Shown: piece after piece, positions 35,083 through 46,800 of the stretch | Layout: each line of letters starts with the position of its first letter | Numbering within the stretch: position 1 is the stretch's first letter | NCBI GenBank assembly: GCA_043228905.1 | Contig: JBHGNT010000002.1 | Coordinates: 28,210,001 to 28,274,000 of the forward strand | DNA: 64,000 nucleotides | DNA from: Azolla caroliniana | Taxonomy: Eukaryota > Plantae > Polypodiophyta | Direction: 5' to 3' | Notes under the pieces: model-generated | The model's input: only the letters and a program-made list of their open reading frames with translations | Database searches by the model: none | Told to the model about the DNA's origin: nothing | Made by a program: the position numbers and the translations under genes

Positions 35083-38000
35083 TCATTCCCCGCCCGTCGG
35101 TCCTTCCTCGGTTTCGGATCGTTCATCGTCCCGGTCCAGGCTATCCGGATCCGGCTCGTCGTCGTGACGCTTCTTGAACGCTTTGATCCGCTTCCCAGCT
35201 ACCGGTATCGCCACTCTCGTGTCGTCGAGTTCCGCCAGATGGTACGTCCCGTTGTCGTTGGCGCTTTGTACCACGTAAGGCCCGAACCACCTTCTTGCGA
35301 ACTTCCGTGTCGCTCGGTGCTGGTTGTCGAGGTTGCTGTTGTAGACTAGCACCCAGTCGCCTTCCTCGATCTTCTTCGGTCGGAGCCGGTGCGTTCGGTC
35401 GAACCGGGCTTTGTTCCTCATCCTTGCTTCCCGAAGCTTTACCGCAGCCTGCTCCACGTCCTCCGGTCTTCGCTCGAGCTGTCGTATACGCGCCGCCAGA
35501 AATTCCTCCCGGCTCATCTCGTCTCTCCAGTCCACAGTTGCCCACGAGGAGATCGTACGTTCCATCGGCATGACCGGCTTCTGCCCAAACATGAGTTCTG
35601 CCGGCATGAATCCGGTTACCGAACTGTGCGTAGTTCGGTCCGCCCACAACGCGTAATGCAGCAGCCGCGGCCAGTTCCCGACTTGACCTCCGCATGCCCG
35701 AACTAACGCCTTGACGATCGGTCCGTGTCCGCGCTCCACCTTTCCATTCGCCTCCGGATTGTACGCAGTGGTAAGCGAGAGCTTGACTCCTAGCCGGTCG
35801 AACAGCTCCTCGGCCTCTTCGGCGTCCAACTCCCCGCGATCAGCCACGATCTTCCCGACGCACCCGTACCGGCATATCACGTCCTCAATCAGGAACTGAC
35901 ATACGGCCGCGGTCGTTTTGTTCTGAAGGGCCCGGCCTTCTACCTGGTTCGTCAGATCTTCCCGAGCCAGGACCAGATACCGCATCTGTCCTTCTCCCAT
36001 CGGCATCGTCACCAGGTCTACCATCCATTTGAAGTGGATGGTCGGAGGGTACGTAGGGTGAAGCTCGTCCCGATGTCGGACTCCAGAGTGCATCTGACAG
36101 CTCTCGCAAGTCGTCACGAACCGATGCACGTCCCGGTACAGTCCCGGCCACCAGTACTTCCCCTTTATCTTCTCGAACGTGGCCCACGTTCCACGGTGTC
36201 CAGCCCAAGGGCTGTCGTGGTAGGCCGTCAGCAGCTCCTCCTGTTCTTCCTTCATCGCCACCACCCGGAGCAGGACGCCGTTCCTCTTCTTCGGGTGCTT
36301 CCATAAGTATCCGTCCCGGAGAAAGAATCGGTAAGCTTTCTTCCGAATCCGGTTGGCCTCGTCCTTCGTCCATGACGCATCCGGCGTCATTGTCCTCAAA
36401 AATCCACCGATCTAGAGCCACTCGCCGTCGTACCTGCTCTCGTCGAAGTCGTTAAGTGCCGGAGTGCTCGTCCCATCGGTCGTCACGTACGCCGCCTCGA
36501 AGAAGTCCACGCCGACTTCTTCATCCTCCGAAACCATGCTGCCCTCGTCATCAAACCTCGCCCTCGAAAGCATGTCGGCCATGGCGTTGTCCTTTCCGGA
36601 AATGTGCCGTATTTCCGGCTCCAGGGACTTGATGTACGCTATCCACCGGAGCATCGCCAGGTCCGGTGTCGCGCATCCGGAAACCATGCCGAGAATCGGC
36701 AGGCAATCCGTCTCGATAACCACTTCTGTCCCGATCAGGTAGTCTTTGTCGGCCTTTACTGCCGAAACGATACCCCAGAGTTCGCGTTTAACCTGGGCGT
36801 ACCCTCGCTGTCGTTCACTGAGGACCTTCGCGCCGAATCGGATCAGGAACCGAATGTCGTCCTTGTCCTCTTGGTTGACGACCCATCCGATCCCGATCGG
36901 ACTCGTATCCACTGTTATGTATACCGGGGTACCCTTCCCGTAGACAGCCTTACGGAGCGTCGGTGCTGCCGCAAGAGCTTCCTTTAGCTTCCGGACCGAC
37001 TCCGTGTGCTCGTCTCGCCACTCGAATTTTCGCCCTTTCTTCAGCAACCCGTATAGCGGCTCCGCAACGTGGGCGTAATGCGGGATCCATATGTGGTAGA
37101 ATGCGCATGCCCCCAGGAACCTCCGAACTTCCGTAACCGAGCTACAGTCGGTCTTCATCGCGGAGATGGCTTCTACCTTTGCCGGAGACGGCTTCCGGCC
37201 ATATGGTCCACATAGGTGCCCGACCACCAGGATTTCTGATTGCCCGAAGGCCGATTTCTCCCCGGAGAAGGTGAGCCTCGCATCCTCTAGCCTTTGTAGC
37301 ACCTTCTCGCAGTCGCCGATGTGTGTTGCCACGAATCGCCGGCATCCGTCCGGCCCGACTGTCTCCTCCTTCTCTTCCACCGGGCACCCTTTGATAGGGA
37401 TGTCGTCTAGAAACGGCATGGTGATGTCCGGGATGCAATCCCTCAGTACCTTGTTCATTGCATTCACCATGTGGGCCACCGAGTTGGTCCCTCCTTGCGG
37501 CAGGGTACACATTCGCACTAGGCCGAGGGGAGTTCGCATCGTCGTAATGTCTCCGCTCTCCACGGCTAGCTGGAACTGGTCGTACCCCAAGTACAGATCT
37601 CCGACCGAGTAAATCGACCTTCCGGCGAAGGCCTCCGTGAACTCGTCTATGGTCGGTCTGATTCCCGTGTTCCGAATGGTCACTCTGTTGACCGGCTGCA
37701 GGTCTTGAATGAAGCGCAATGTTCCGTTTTTCTTTGGTACGGTAAACCATCGGTTCGAGTATGGGGCACTCGACGGTTCGAGAATGCCCATATCGACTTT
37801 CTGCCTCAATAGCTCCATCAACTTCGGGATGTGAGCTCTCGGTACTGGAATCGGCTTGAGATTCCACGGTACATGCGGTACCGTGAATATCACCATCGGC
37901 TCCACGATTGTCGGGTCTACGCACCCGATCTCTTCCGGTGAGAATGCGAAGGCTTTCCCATGCCTTCCGAGCATCCTCCGAAACCGGTCTTCCTCCGCCG

Positions 38001-38576
38001 GCAGTAGGAACCCACCCCCACCGATTTTGAGCTCCCGGAGCGTCCCGTCGGTGAAGGTGTGTCCTATGCAGGCCGGATCTCGTAAACTGGGGTCCGACGC
38101 AACCCCTCTGATTCGGGACTCGCTGCCCTCCGGTAAGGGTGCCGGGACTGGCCTTACCTTCCGGTCCACAGTCTTGTACTTCGTGCTAACTCGGGCAGTC
38201 CGATCCGACCCGAGCCCCTGACTGAAGTCCGCAATGACTTCGTACATATCTTCGGAACATACCGGTATCGTCCGGTCTTCGTTAAGGTCTTCTCCGGCTA
38301 CCTTCCTCAGCATTCCCAAGGTGTCGTCGAAGGAGACTGCCTCCACGGCTCCGCTGATTTCCTCTTCCGGGCCGAGAACTCCGCACGCTCGAAGTCGCTC
38401 CTCCGCCCTTGGCCTTTCTCGGCCAACGATGCCGACTATCATACACCCTCCGTCGTTGGAGAAGCAAAATTTCCTACCTATCGTACAGGGTTTCTTCGGT
38501 TTCGGTTCTATCGTACAGTTGTGGGGTTCCCGAGTGTCCGGACTGTCTCGGCCCCACGCCTCGGCAGCCCTCTCTA
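35083..38576 (-). pseudogene. G2 pol (RT-RNase H-integrase) with in-frame TAG at 36412-36414
   Basis: LPQGGTNS, PFLDDIP, TVDTS..RELWGIV..ETDC, HxxxxxGH..CESC, VDL..ADRGE..KVER and GPY motifs. The frame is open from the slippery site at 38577-38583. Confidence 0.9.
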
Positions 38577-38583
38577 AAAATCC
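38521..38583 (-). other. Putative -1 programmed ribosomal frameshift signal
   Basis: G-GAT-TTT heptamer immediately before the gag-pro stop, 6-nt spacer, then a GGGCTG/CAGTCC stem whose loop can pair with downstream CTCGG and CCCCAC. Confidence 0.7.
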
Positions 38584-40700
38584 TCCCGGTTCTCGCCACC
38601 GAGGGATTCGCGGTTTCGCTCGTGGTTCGGTCGCACCGTCAGAAATTGGACCGAATGGCGCCCGTCCTGGCTTTTGACCCTCGCATAGGCCGAACCGTTG
38701 TCTAGCACCTTGGTCTCCATTCTCGCCGTCGTGATGTATGGTTCCCCTAATATGACCGGATGCGAGGACGTCTCCTGTACGAAGAAGTGTTGGTCAATCT
38801 CGACGTCGCCGATCTTGACTCGCATGTTCGGGCAGGCCCCATGCAGTTCCTCGGTGGCGCGCGTCGCCGCCCGTATCTTCCACCCGTGCTTGGTGTTGAT
38901 CGGCCACTTTCCCTTCTTATAGAAGTCCATGGACATCAGGTTTATTTCCAAACCGTGGTCCACCAATGCCACCACCGGTTCCTGAATATCTCCGATCTTT
39001 ACCGGGGTCTCCGTGGTCGCTCGGGCCTAGTGCGGCCTTGAATAGTGGCTCTCCGCCCACTCATCTTCCAGCGCCATGTCGTCGATGTGCGTCGTCCGCA
39101 CCTCCACCGGTCTTTCCGGTTCCGTCTCCGTCAACAGCCTCTTCCATTTCACCAGGTCCACAATGGAGTCGTGGAACTCCTTCTTGGCGATCCCAAGCAC
39201 CTCTCGCAATGACAGCTCCACTTTGCTATCGAGGATCCGTTCTTCTAGGACCTTTCGTAGGTCCGTAGTCCTTTCTATTTCCGTCCCCAGTCGGTATCCG
39301 CCCTTCCTGGGGTTATCTTGCGAGCTGGACCCACCGGCATCGTTTCGTCGTTGCCTGAATCGGGTCTCATACCGTTGTGAGGGCCCGGCCGCTCCGGCTT
39401 TCCCCACTCGTTTGTCTTCTACCAGAGCCTCGTAGTTCCGACAGGCGGCTTCTACAAAGCCCGTCCTCTCCTCGACCGGATCGCTCCACCCGGTTATTTC
39501 CCGGACCCATCTCTCAGCGCGGTCCGTTTCATCTTTCCTTAGCCGTGCGCCGGCAAGACCTTCCAGCATTGCCGACCAGAATCCGTCTTTGCCCTCCTTT
39601 CGGGCCTCGCTGCCCCCGACCCGAATGTCGGCCGACGCCGAGTAGTGGATGGCCTCCATGTGTCGGGACTCTGCCTCTTCCATCAGTCTCTTCATTCCTC
39701 CTCGCCCGTCGTTTCGGTTCAGGGCCCTTTTGGTGTCGCCGGCGTGCACCCGGCCTTCCCACAGGTACACCACCCGGTTCCTCAACGCTTCTGCGAAATC
39801 GCCGCAGTCCTTCCAGATGTGGCCAACCTCGTCGCACCACATGCACCTGTTCGCTGCTACCGGCCGTCGGTCACGAGCCGGTTCGCCGCCTTCCCTTCGA
39901 GTCTGGGCGATCTGGAGATCCTTTACCGCCCGCGTCAACTCCTCCAGCGCTGCTCCTCCGGACGAGCCACTGACCATGCCGGTCGAAGCCGGATCGGTTT
40001 CTAGCCATTCCCGGGTTTCTTCCCTTCGCCCTTGCGGTGCCGGTTCAAGCCTCCTTGCTGTGACAGCACCCACACCAGCCGCCCCGTTGTCAGCCCATTC
40101 TCGCCGTTTGTCGAAACGGCCACAGACTCTCTTAACCGCAGCCCAGTCGGTCGTCAGCCCGTCTTCGGTTTCCAGCAAGGAGCCGACTTGATCCCGGTCC
40201 CGCTCGTCCACCGACTTGACGAATAGTAGGACTCGGCTCGTATCTAGAACGGTTCGGTCAAGCGCCGAAAGGCGCGCAAAGCGTTCTTCGAACTCCCGGA
40301 GGAGTGCCGACGCGTTTCTTCCCTTGCCGGGGGACTCCACCCATTCCATGAAGTCTCGTTTCGAAAGCCGGAGTGCGTCGTCCAGCCCGTATTTTTCCAA
40401 GAGTCGGCCTTCGAACTCCTCCCAGGTACGGCTCTCCGCCCGCACCTCGAGCACCTCCGAATGGATGCTCGGCATCGCCACTCGACGAAACCCGGCAAGA
40501 CGCCTCTCTTCCGGAATGTCCCGCATCAGCATTTCTGCCCCGTAGGACGCCAAATACTTCGTGGCATCCTTTCCGCTGAACCGGCCGATCGTACCGACGA
40601 CCGCCTCAATGGCTCTGTCGAGGGCGCCGAAGCCCTCGCGTGCGCTCAATATCCGATCCACGGCCGAAGCCATGGCCTCCGCAAGATCCGACCCTTTCAT
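38574..40700 (-). pseudogene. G2 gag-protease with in-frame TAG at 39027-39029
   Basis: Gag with CMWCDEVGHIWKDC knuckle. Aspartic protease ALVDHG..ILGEP lies in the same frame after the stop. Confidence 0.88.
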
Positions 40701-42953
40701 CTTCTGCTCTTCTGCCGCCTCCTTCACGTCGGGTTCACCAAGATGTCGAGGTATTCCTCGCGGATGCGTGGAATGAGGCGGGACCTCGGGGGTCCTGTAC
40801 CGAAGAGCAAGAGAGAAAGGACAAGAGACCCACTACGTGCGAGCGTAGATTCACAGGGACACGGCCCTTCGACACAAAGACGCGAGTAGGACAGCGACAC
40901 AGAAAGACACGAATGTATGTATGTATTAACAAAGACAGCAACAAGAACACGGAAGCAACAAAACACGAAGTCGGTTACAACCGAACAGGCCGGCGAACAG
41001 ATGCCGATGCCTGTTCGTAAACGCACAGAAAGACAGGAGCAGGTTGGAGGTGCTGCCGGAAGCACTCGGGCATTCCTCAGAGCAGCGCGAGCCTCCCGAA
41101 ACCTGCACCGAAAGAAGCTATGGAATTTGCGAACCAGAGAGAGAGAGAAGTCTTCGCCCACAAACCGACAGCACTTCGTCCTCGACTCTCCGCGATCCCT
41201 TCCTCCTCCTCGTCTCCCTCCTTTTATAGGCAAGAAGGGAGCCGTTTCCTATTAACTTCCTACCTACCGAATCTACCTACCTAGGATCTCCCATGTCCCT
41301 AATTCTCTCCTATGTTCGACACAAGGCGTACGTGCGTGAAGAGCCGGTTCCTATGCTCCGGCACACCGATTCCGCTTGTGGATGGTTTTCTTCACGACAA
41401 CGTATCGTAGAACTCGCTCAGCGCAATCCAAGTGAGTATCACGCGGTGTTTGCATGAATTGGCTAAGGAGACCGAGCGGATAACTGAGATCGGGTCGAGT
41501 GATCGTGAGGTAGATGAGACTCCCGATGAGTTGCCGATACTAAGTCGGCTCACACGCTTTCGTGCCGGAGTTCGCATCTAGTTTGAGATTGCGATCGAGC
41601 GGGGTTGCCGCGGATTTGCACTGAGCCATCCCGAACTTGTATAGCAAGTTGAGGATGTAGTGTCGTTGAGAGATCATGATTCCGGCTGGAGTCCAAATTA
41701 CCTCGATGCCGAGGAAGTAGTGGAGCTCCTTCATGTCCGTCATCTCGAATTTGTCAGAAAGGAGGGATTTGACCTTATTGATTTCAACGAGATGCTCACC
41801 TCCAATGACTAGGTCATCCACATATAAGATGATGACGATCGGACTTGCGGAATCGCTTCGTATGTAGAGGAAGTTGTCCGATTTTGACATACGGAATCCA
41901 ATTTGATGAAGATATTGCGTTATCTTCGAATGCCAAGCACGCGGTGCTTGCTTGAGGCCGTAGAGTGGCTTCTTGAGTCAGCATACAACTTTTGGATGGG
42001 TGCTCGAGTTGAAGCTGGGTGGTTGTATCATGTACACCTCCTCTTCTAATTCGCCTTGTAGAAAGGCATTCTTGACGTCCATTTGATGGAGGTGCCATCC
42101 TTTCGCCGCGGCAAGCACAATTACGGTCCGCATTGTCGTCATCTTTGCCACCGGGGCAAAGGTCTCTTCGTAGTCGACGCCATGCGTCTGAGCGTATCCT
42201 TTCGCTACGAGTCGAGCTTTGTAGCGGTTTACGAAGCCATCGCCGTTATACTTGACCTTGTAGATCCATTTGCATATGATCTCCTTTTGTGTGGTGAGGT
42301 GGGAACGAGATCCCACGTCTCGTTCTTCCGTAGTGCCTACATCTCCTCGTTTATTGCTTCGATCTATCGTGGGTCCTTCGCGGCTTCCGGAAAGGTTTCC
42401 GGCTCCCGTACTGTCGCTACCTTCATCATAAAGGCGTAATGGTACGCCATATAATCGTTGTAGCTGAATCGGCTTACGGGGTTCTTCTCACGGGTAGATC
42501 GGCAAAGCTTTTCATTTGCAAAGATGAGGGCTTTCTTAGCTCCGATTGGTACATCGAAGCCGCCGAACTCACTGTTGAGTGAGTGGGTCGACTCATTGTC
42601 GTCGAAGCGATCATCTTTGTATTTCGACATTTTCGCCTTGCCTTTGTCCATCTTCGAGCTAGGCCGTGATGTGCTTTGATCGCTCAAAGGCTCTTGTGGT
42701 CCGCTCAGTCGGGTCGTGATCGGACTTTTTTCGAACATGCGCGTAAGGCGATCTTCATCCTCTATCTCTTGTTCGGCGGATTCCGGGTCAAGCGGAGTCG
42801 AAGTCGAAGTTGTCTCTGGTGCGTACCATGATGCAGACTCGTCAAAAACAACGTCTCGACTTACTCGAGATTTTCAAGTTGAGGGGTTGTAGCACTTGTA
42901 CCCCTTTTGCTCCAGTGAGTATCCTACGAGGATACATTTCTCCGACTTCGGGT

Positions 42954-43822
42954 TGTTGGGAGATAGGCCCCTCCGGATGGGAAGGGAGAAGAATAGTGTC
43001 GACGAACAAACTCGGCCGAGGCCGATAGGCCTCGGCCGAAACCAGATGACGAGTACCCGGCTACGGAGAGCAGGATGGTATAGACCCGGTGAAGACCGGA
43101 TGAGGAGTACTCGGCTACGGAGAGCCGGATGATACAGACCCGGTGAAGACCGGATGAGGAGTACCCGGCTACGGAGAGCCGGATGGTATAGACCCAGTGA
43201 AGACCGGATGAGGAGTACCCGGCTATGGAGAGCCGGATGATACAGACCCGGTGAAGACCGGATGAGGAGTACCCGGCTACGGAGAGCCGGATGGTATAGA
43301 CCCGGTGAAGACCGGATGAGGAGTACCAGGCTACGGAGAGCCGGATGGTACAGACCCGGTGAGAACCGGATGAAGAGACATATTCGTAAATATGTTTTCT
43401 GAGAGTCCATCATGGCTATATTTGTAAATAGCTGAAAAGTAATATTAGTATAAATATGACTTAGGGCAAACTTTTAGTTGTTGTTGTCATTCTTGTTTTG
43501 CACGAGATTAGTGCGCGTAACAGTGTACATAGAGAGAGAGAGAGAGAGAGAGGTCGTTGTCTCAGTTGTAATCGCCGCCTGTGGCGAAGATTGTGAGCAC
43601 GAGGTCGTTGCCTCAGTGAACTCACTGTTGTACATTCTTGAATAGTGACAGTTTGCAACCTGTGGGCTGCCGTGGTTTTTTCCCCTAGTTTGGGGTTTTC
43701 CACGTAAACCTCCTGTGTACTCTTCTCTTCTTTGTGTCGTTTATTATTTCCCGTTTTCTGTGTATGATTCTAAGCTCGGTTGTGGCCGAGCGTTGCAGAT
43801 AAGGAGCGTTGAGTTCCCGTCA
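42954..43822 (+). mobile_element. Solo LTR (869 bp), family-A-like, inserted in the C4 integrase
   Basis: TG...CA. TSD CGGGT/TGGGT. Removing it restores KLDPKSEKCIL. Shares tataaatatgacttagggcaaac and gggttttccacgtaaa with the C5 LTR. Confidence 0.9.
43045..43368 (+). repeat. Six tandem 54-bp repeats in the solo LTR U3
   Basis: gatgaggagtacccggctacggagagccggatggtatagacccggtgaagaccg at 43045, 43099, 43153, 43207, 43261 and 43315. Confidence 0.95.
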
Positions 43823-46800
43823 TGGGTCAAGCTTTTGACGCTTCTCGTCGGGGATGTGCAAGTACGCTATTGCGCCGAATATCCGGGTGTGCGATAAGTC
43901 CGGCTTCTTTCCGAAGTATTTTTCGTGCGGAGTGACCTCGTGCACGCCGGATGTTGTGCACCGGTTCATTAGGTAGACAGCCGTATTTGTAGCTTCGGCC
44001 CAATATGACTTGGGCATATGCTTCTCGTTCATCATGGCCCGCGCTACTTCGAGGATGTGCCGATTTTTGCGCTCGGCTACTCCGTTTTTTTGCGGAGTGT
44101 GTCGGCAAGTGAATTCTCGCCAAATTCCTTCCTTTCGAAGATACGTCGTGAAATCATCTGAGAAGTACTCCTTGCCGCCATCCGATCGAAGACAACGTAC
44201 ATGTCGGCCCGTGGCTTTCTCGACTTCATTCTTGAATGTCTGGAAGTGTCTGAACACTTCGCTCTTTTGCCGCATCGGGTAGATCCAAGTGTACCTAGAG
44301 AAGTCGTCGATGAAGAGCACGTAATATCGGCATCCTTCGAATGTAGCCGTCTACGTCGGTCCCCATACGTCGGAATGGACTACGTTGAGTAGACCTTTGC
44401 TCACGTTCCGCTCTTTCGGGAATGGGTGTCGGTGTTGCTTGCCGAATTGGCACGCTTCGCATACACCTTCAATCTCCTTCTCTTTGAATGTCAGGAGTCC
44501 GATGACAACTCCTTTCGATTTCATTGCTTTGAGTTTGTTGAGATTGATGTGGCCGATTCGCTTATGCCATAGCTCTATGTCGGAGTCGGCTTTCATTCTT
44601 TTCGCGAACATGGCGGATTTTATCTCGTGTGAATCGAGAATGAACATCTGGCCCTCTCTTCTTCCACGTGTGATGATTAGGCCTTCTTTTTCGATGAAGC
44701 ACCCTTCTTGGTCGAATCGTACTTGCATCCCTTGCTCAACCATTTGGCCGACCGAGACCAAATTCTTCGTGATGGTCGGTACATGCAAGACATTTTTAAT
44801 GTAATTTTGCATACCTTCTTTTCCGAACGGAACATTGCCGATGTGCCGAATCAGGTGCGTAGTGTCGTCCCGGTTTCGACATAGTCGGGTCGATCCAGCT
44901 CTCGAAGTTCTCGGAACCATTCTTGATGCGATGTCATATGGTTCGAGGCACCGGAATCAACGAACCATACGTCTTCCGAACTGGAGGCACTAGTTGAGGT
45001 AGAGGCCAACATAGAGTTTGCTCTATGTTTCATCATGAACATTCCGCCACGATCTTCGTAGTCGGAGTTGTGCGTGTAATTCGTGAGTTGTCGGCTTGTG
45101 GAAGTCGTTTCGCGCATCTTCTTTCGGCACTCTTCTTCGTGGTGGCTGAGCTTTCCGCAGTATCTGCATTCGGTTGCATTTTGACGGCTCGGGCCAGAGT
45201 AGAAGCTCCCCCTTCTTGCAAAGGTTCCTCGTTGACTTCTGTTTTGCGGCCGAAATTGGGAGTTGTTGTCGTAGGTCGGACCTCGTCCGCCTTGTCCTTG
45301 GCCGAATCGGCCTCTCGCTCGTTCGCGTCCTCTTCCTCCATTCGAGTGCGTGTAGAGCATGTGACCTTCCAACTCATTGCTCCTTGTACGCACGTGGTTT
45401 TTTCGACCAATAGCATTGATTGGAGCTCGAAGAAGGAGGGAGATTTGTCCCTTGCTAGAACGGCGGTTTGCATCGCGTCGAACCGTGGTGCGAGGCCGCC
45501 GAGGCATATTTGCACCATCTCATCATCATCGATGCTTACGCTTATTGATCCGAGCGAGTCGCAAAGCTCCTTGATCTTCAAGGTGTATGTCGTGATGGAC
45601 ATGTCCCTTTGTTGAATGTTGTTCAACTCTTGGCGGAGTTGAAGCTTCCTTGTGGTCGTGTTGGCGGCGAAAATCTTTCGTAGATTTTCCCATGCTTCCT
45701 TCAGCATCTTGGCTTCTCGATTGTAACCGAGCATGTGGTCGTGAACACATGTTGCCAAACAATACATCACACGGCTTGCGGCTTGCGGCTTGCTCCCATG
45801 TCGCATATCCGGGAGCCGTGTCGACGGGTCGGTCTTCGTGCGCTCCTTTGATGTAGCTCCAATAGCCTTGTCCGACAAGGTATTGGTGCATCTTGTACTC
45901 CCAAGATGCGAAGTTGTTTCAATCCAACTTCTCGGTAGGGAGAGCGCTCCCCATTTGAGTATTCATTATGTCGATTCTTCTTCTTCTTCTTCTTCTCTCT
46001 TCGAATGCGAGCTATGTAGCAAAGCTACGATAGCGATGAGCCGGTTCTTGGTCGTCGGTGTGGAGCACAACACACGATCACGATGAGGCGAATGGGCTAG
46101 ATCAAACTACCAACCTCGCTCTAATACCATGTAAAGAATCAGGTATGATTCTTGTGTAGCGGAATAGGTGTGAACTGTGTGTGTATGAGAGAGAGAGAGT
46201 GAGTGAGAGTGAGTGAGTGAGAAGTAAGACACAGAGTATACGCAAGGTAGATTGTATTAACGAAGGAGAAAGACTCAACATTATACAAAGAGGGAGGAGG
46301 GTGCTTTATATAGTCACCCTCTCTCTTCATTAACTACATGACTCATGGAGCATGGGGAATGTGAAAGCTCATAAGTTATGTGTCATAGAATTTGATTCTA
46401 TGACTCATACAAAATGCTAGAATACAAAGTGGTGACTTAATGGTGACTCTTGACCGTTGGAGTGTCTATTCACTCTCAAGGTGAGTTCACACACTAGACC
46501 AAGTTGAGCTTGATTCTCAACACTATTAATCATATTAAGTCAATTAGTTGATCATTGTACCTCATATCATAATTCATATAACCAACCAATACGCAATTCC
46601 ATTCTTACTTCCACAGTTTCTTGATAGAACGTTCAACATTATTGTGTTGTCAGTCACAGTAGTCGACTGTCAACTGAACGACACCATTTAGCACACCATC
46701 ATCAAGATGTCATGGTGGATGATATTTTCATCATGTCGTGATTCTTCTATTGGTCACCCATGGACAGAAAATCTAGGGATTGGTTGAAGGTCTATGGGTT

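Larger units (their letters stand above)
34354..41399 (-). mobile_element. Ty3/Gypsy element G2 (no chromodomain), full length, two nonsense mutations
   Basis: 656-bp LTRs at 34354-35009 and 40744-41399. 4-bp TSD ACGT. tRNA-Trp PBS 40723-40740. PPT ~35010-35026. Domain order gag-PR-RT-RH-INT. Confidence 0.96.
33800..45966 (-). pseudogene. C4 gag-pol, fragmented and split by G2 and the solo LTR
   Basis: Gag ~45500-45966. CRYCGKLSHHEEEC and DSGAS in 44851-45507. Integrase 43820-44920. RT 41540-42316 (LYVDDL). RNase H 33800-34353. Confidence 0.9.
33200..46522 (-). mobile_element. Ty1/Copia element C4 (family B lineage), host of G2 and a solo LTR
   Basis: 393-bp LTRs at 33200-33592 and 46130-46522. 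TSD CTATT. PBS-Met 46118-46129 (1 mismatch). PPT 33593-33604. Confidence 0.95.

Noticed and set aside
39027-39029. In-frame TAG between gag and protease as programmed readthrough
   Set aside because: No recognisable readthrough context. More simply a TGG>TAG mutation, like the probable CAG>TAG at 36412.
40723-40740. tRNA-Trp gene fragment
   Set aside because: Only the 18-nt primer-binding site of G2, not a tRNA gene.
43045-43368. Regular repeat array resembling CRISPR, and a 179-aa repeat ORF (42874-43413)
   Set aside because: Units are contiguous with no unique spacers, lie inside a solo LTR, and the context is eukaryotic. The ORF is a by-product of the 54-bp period.
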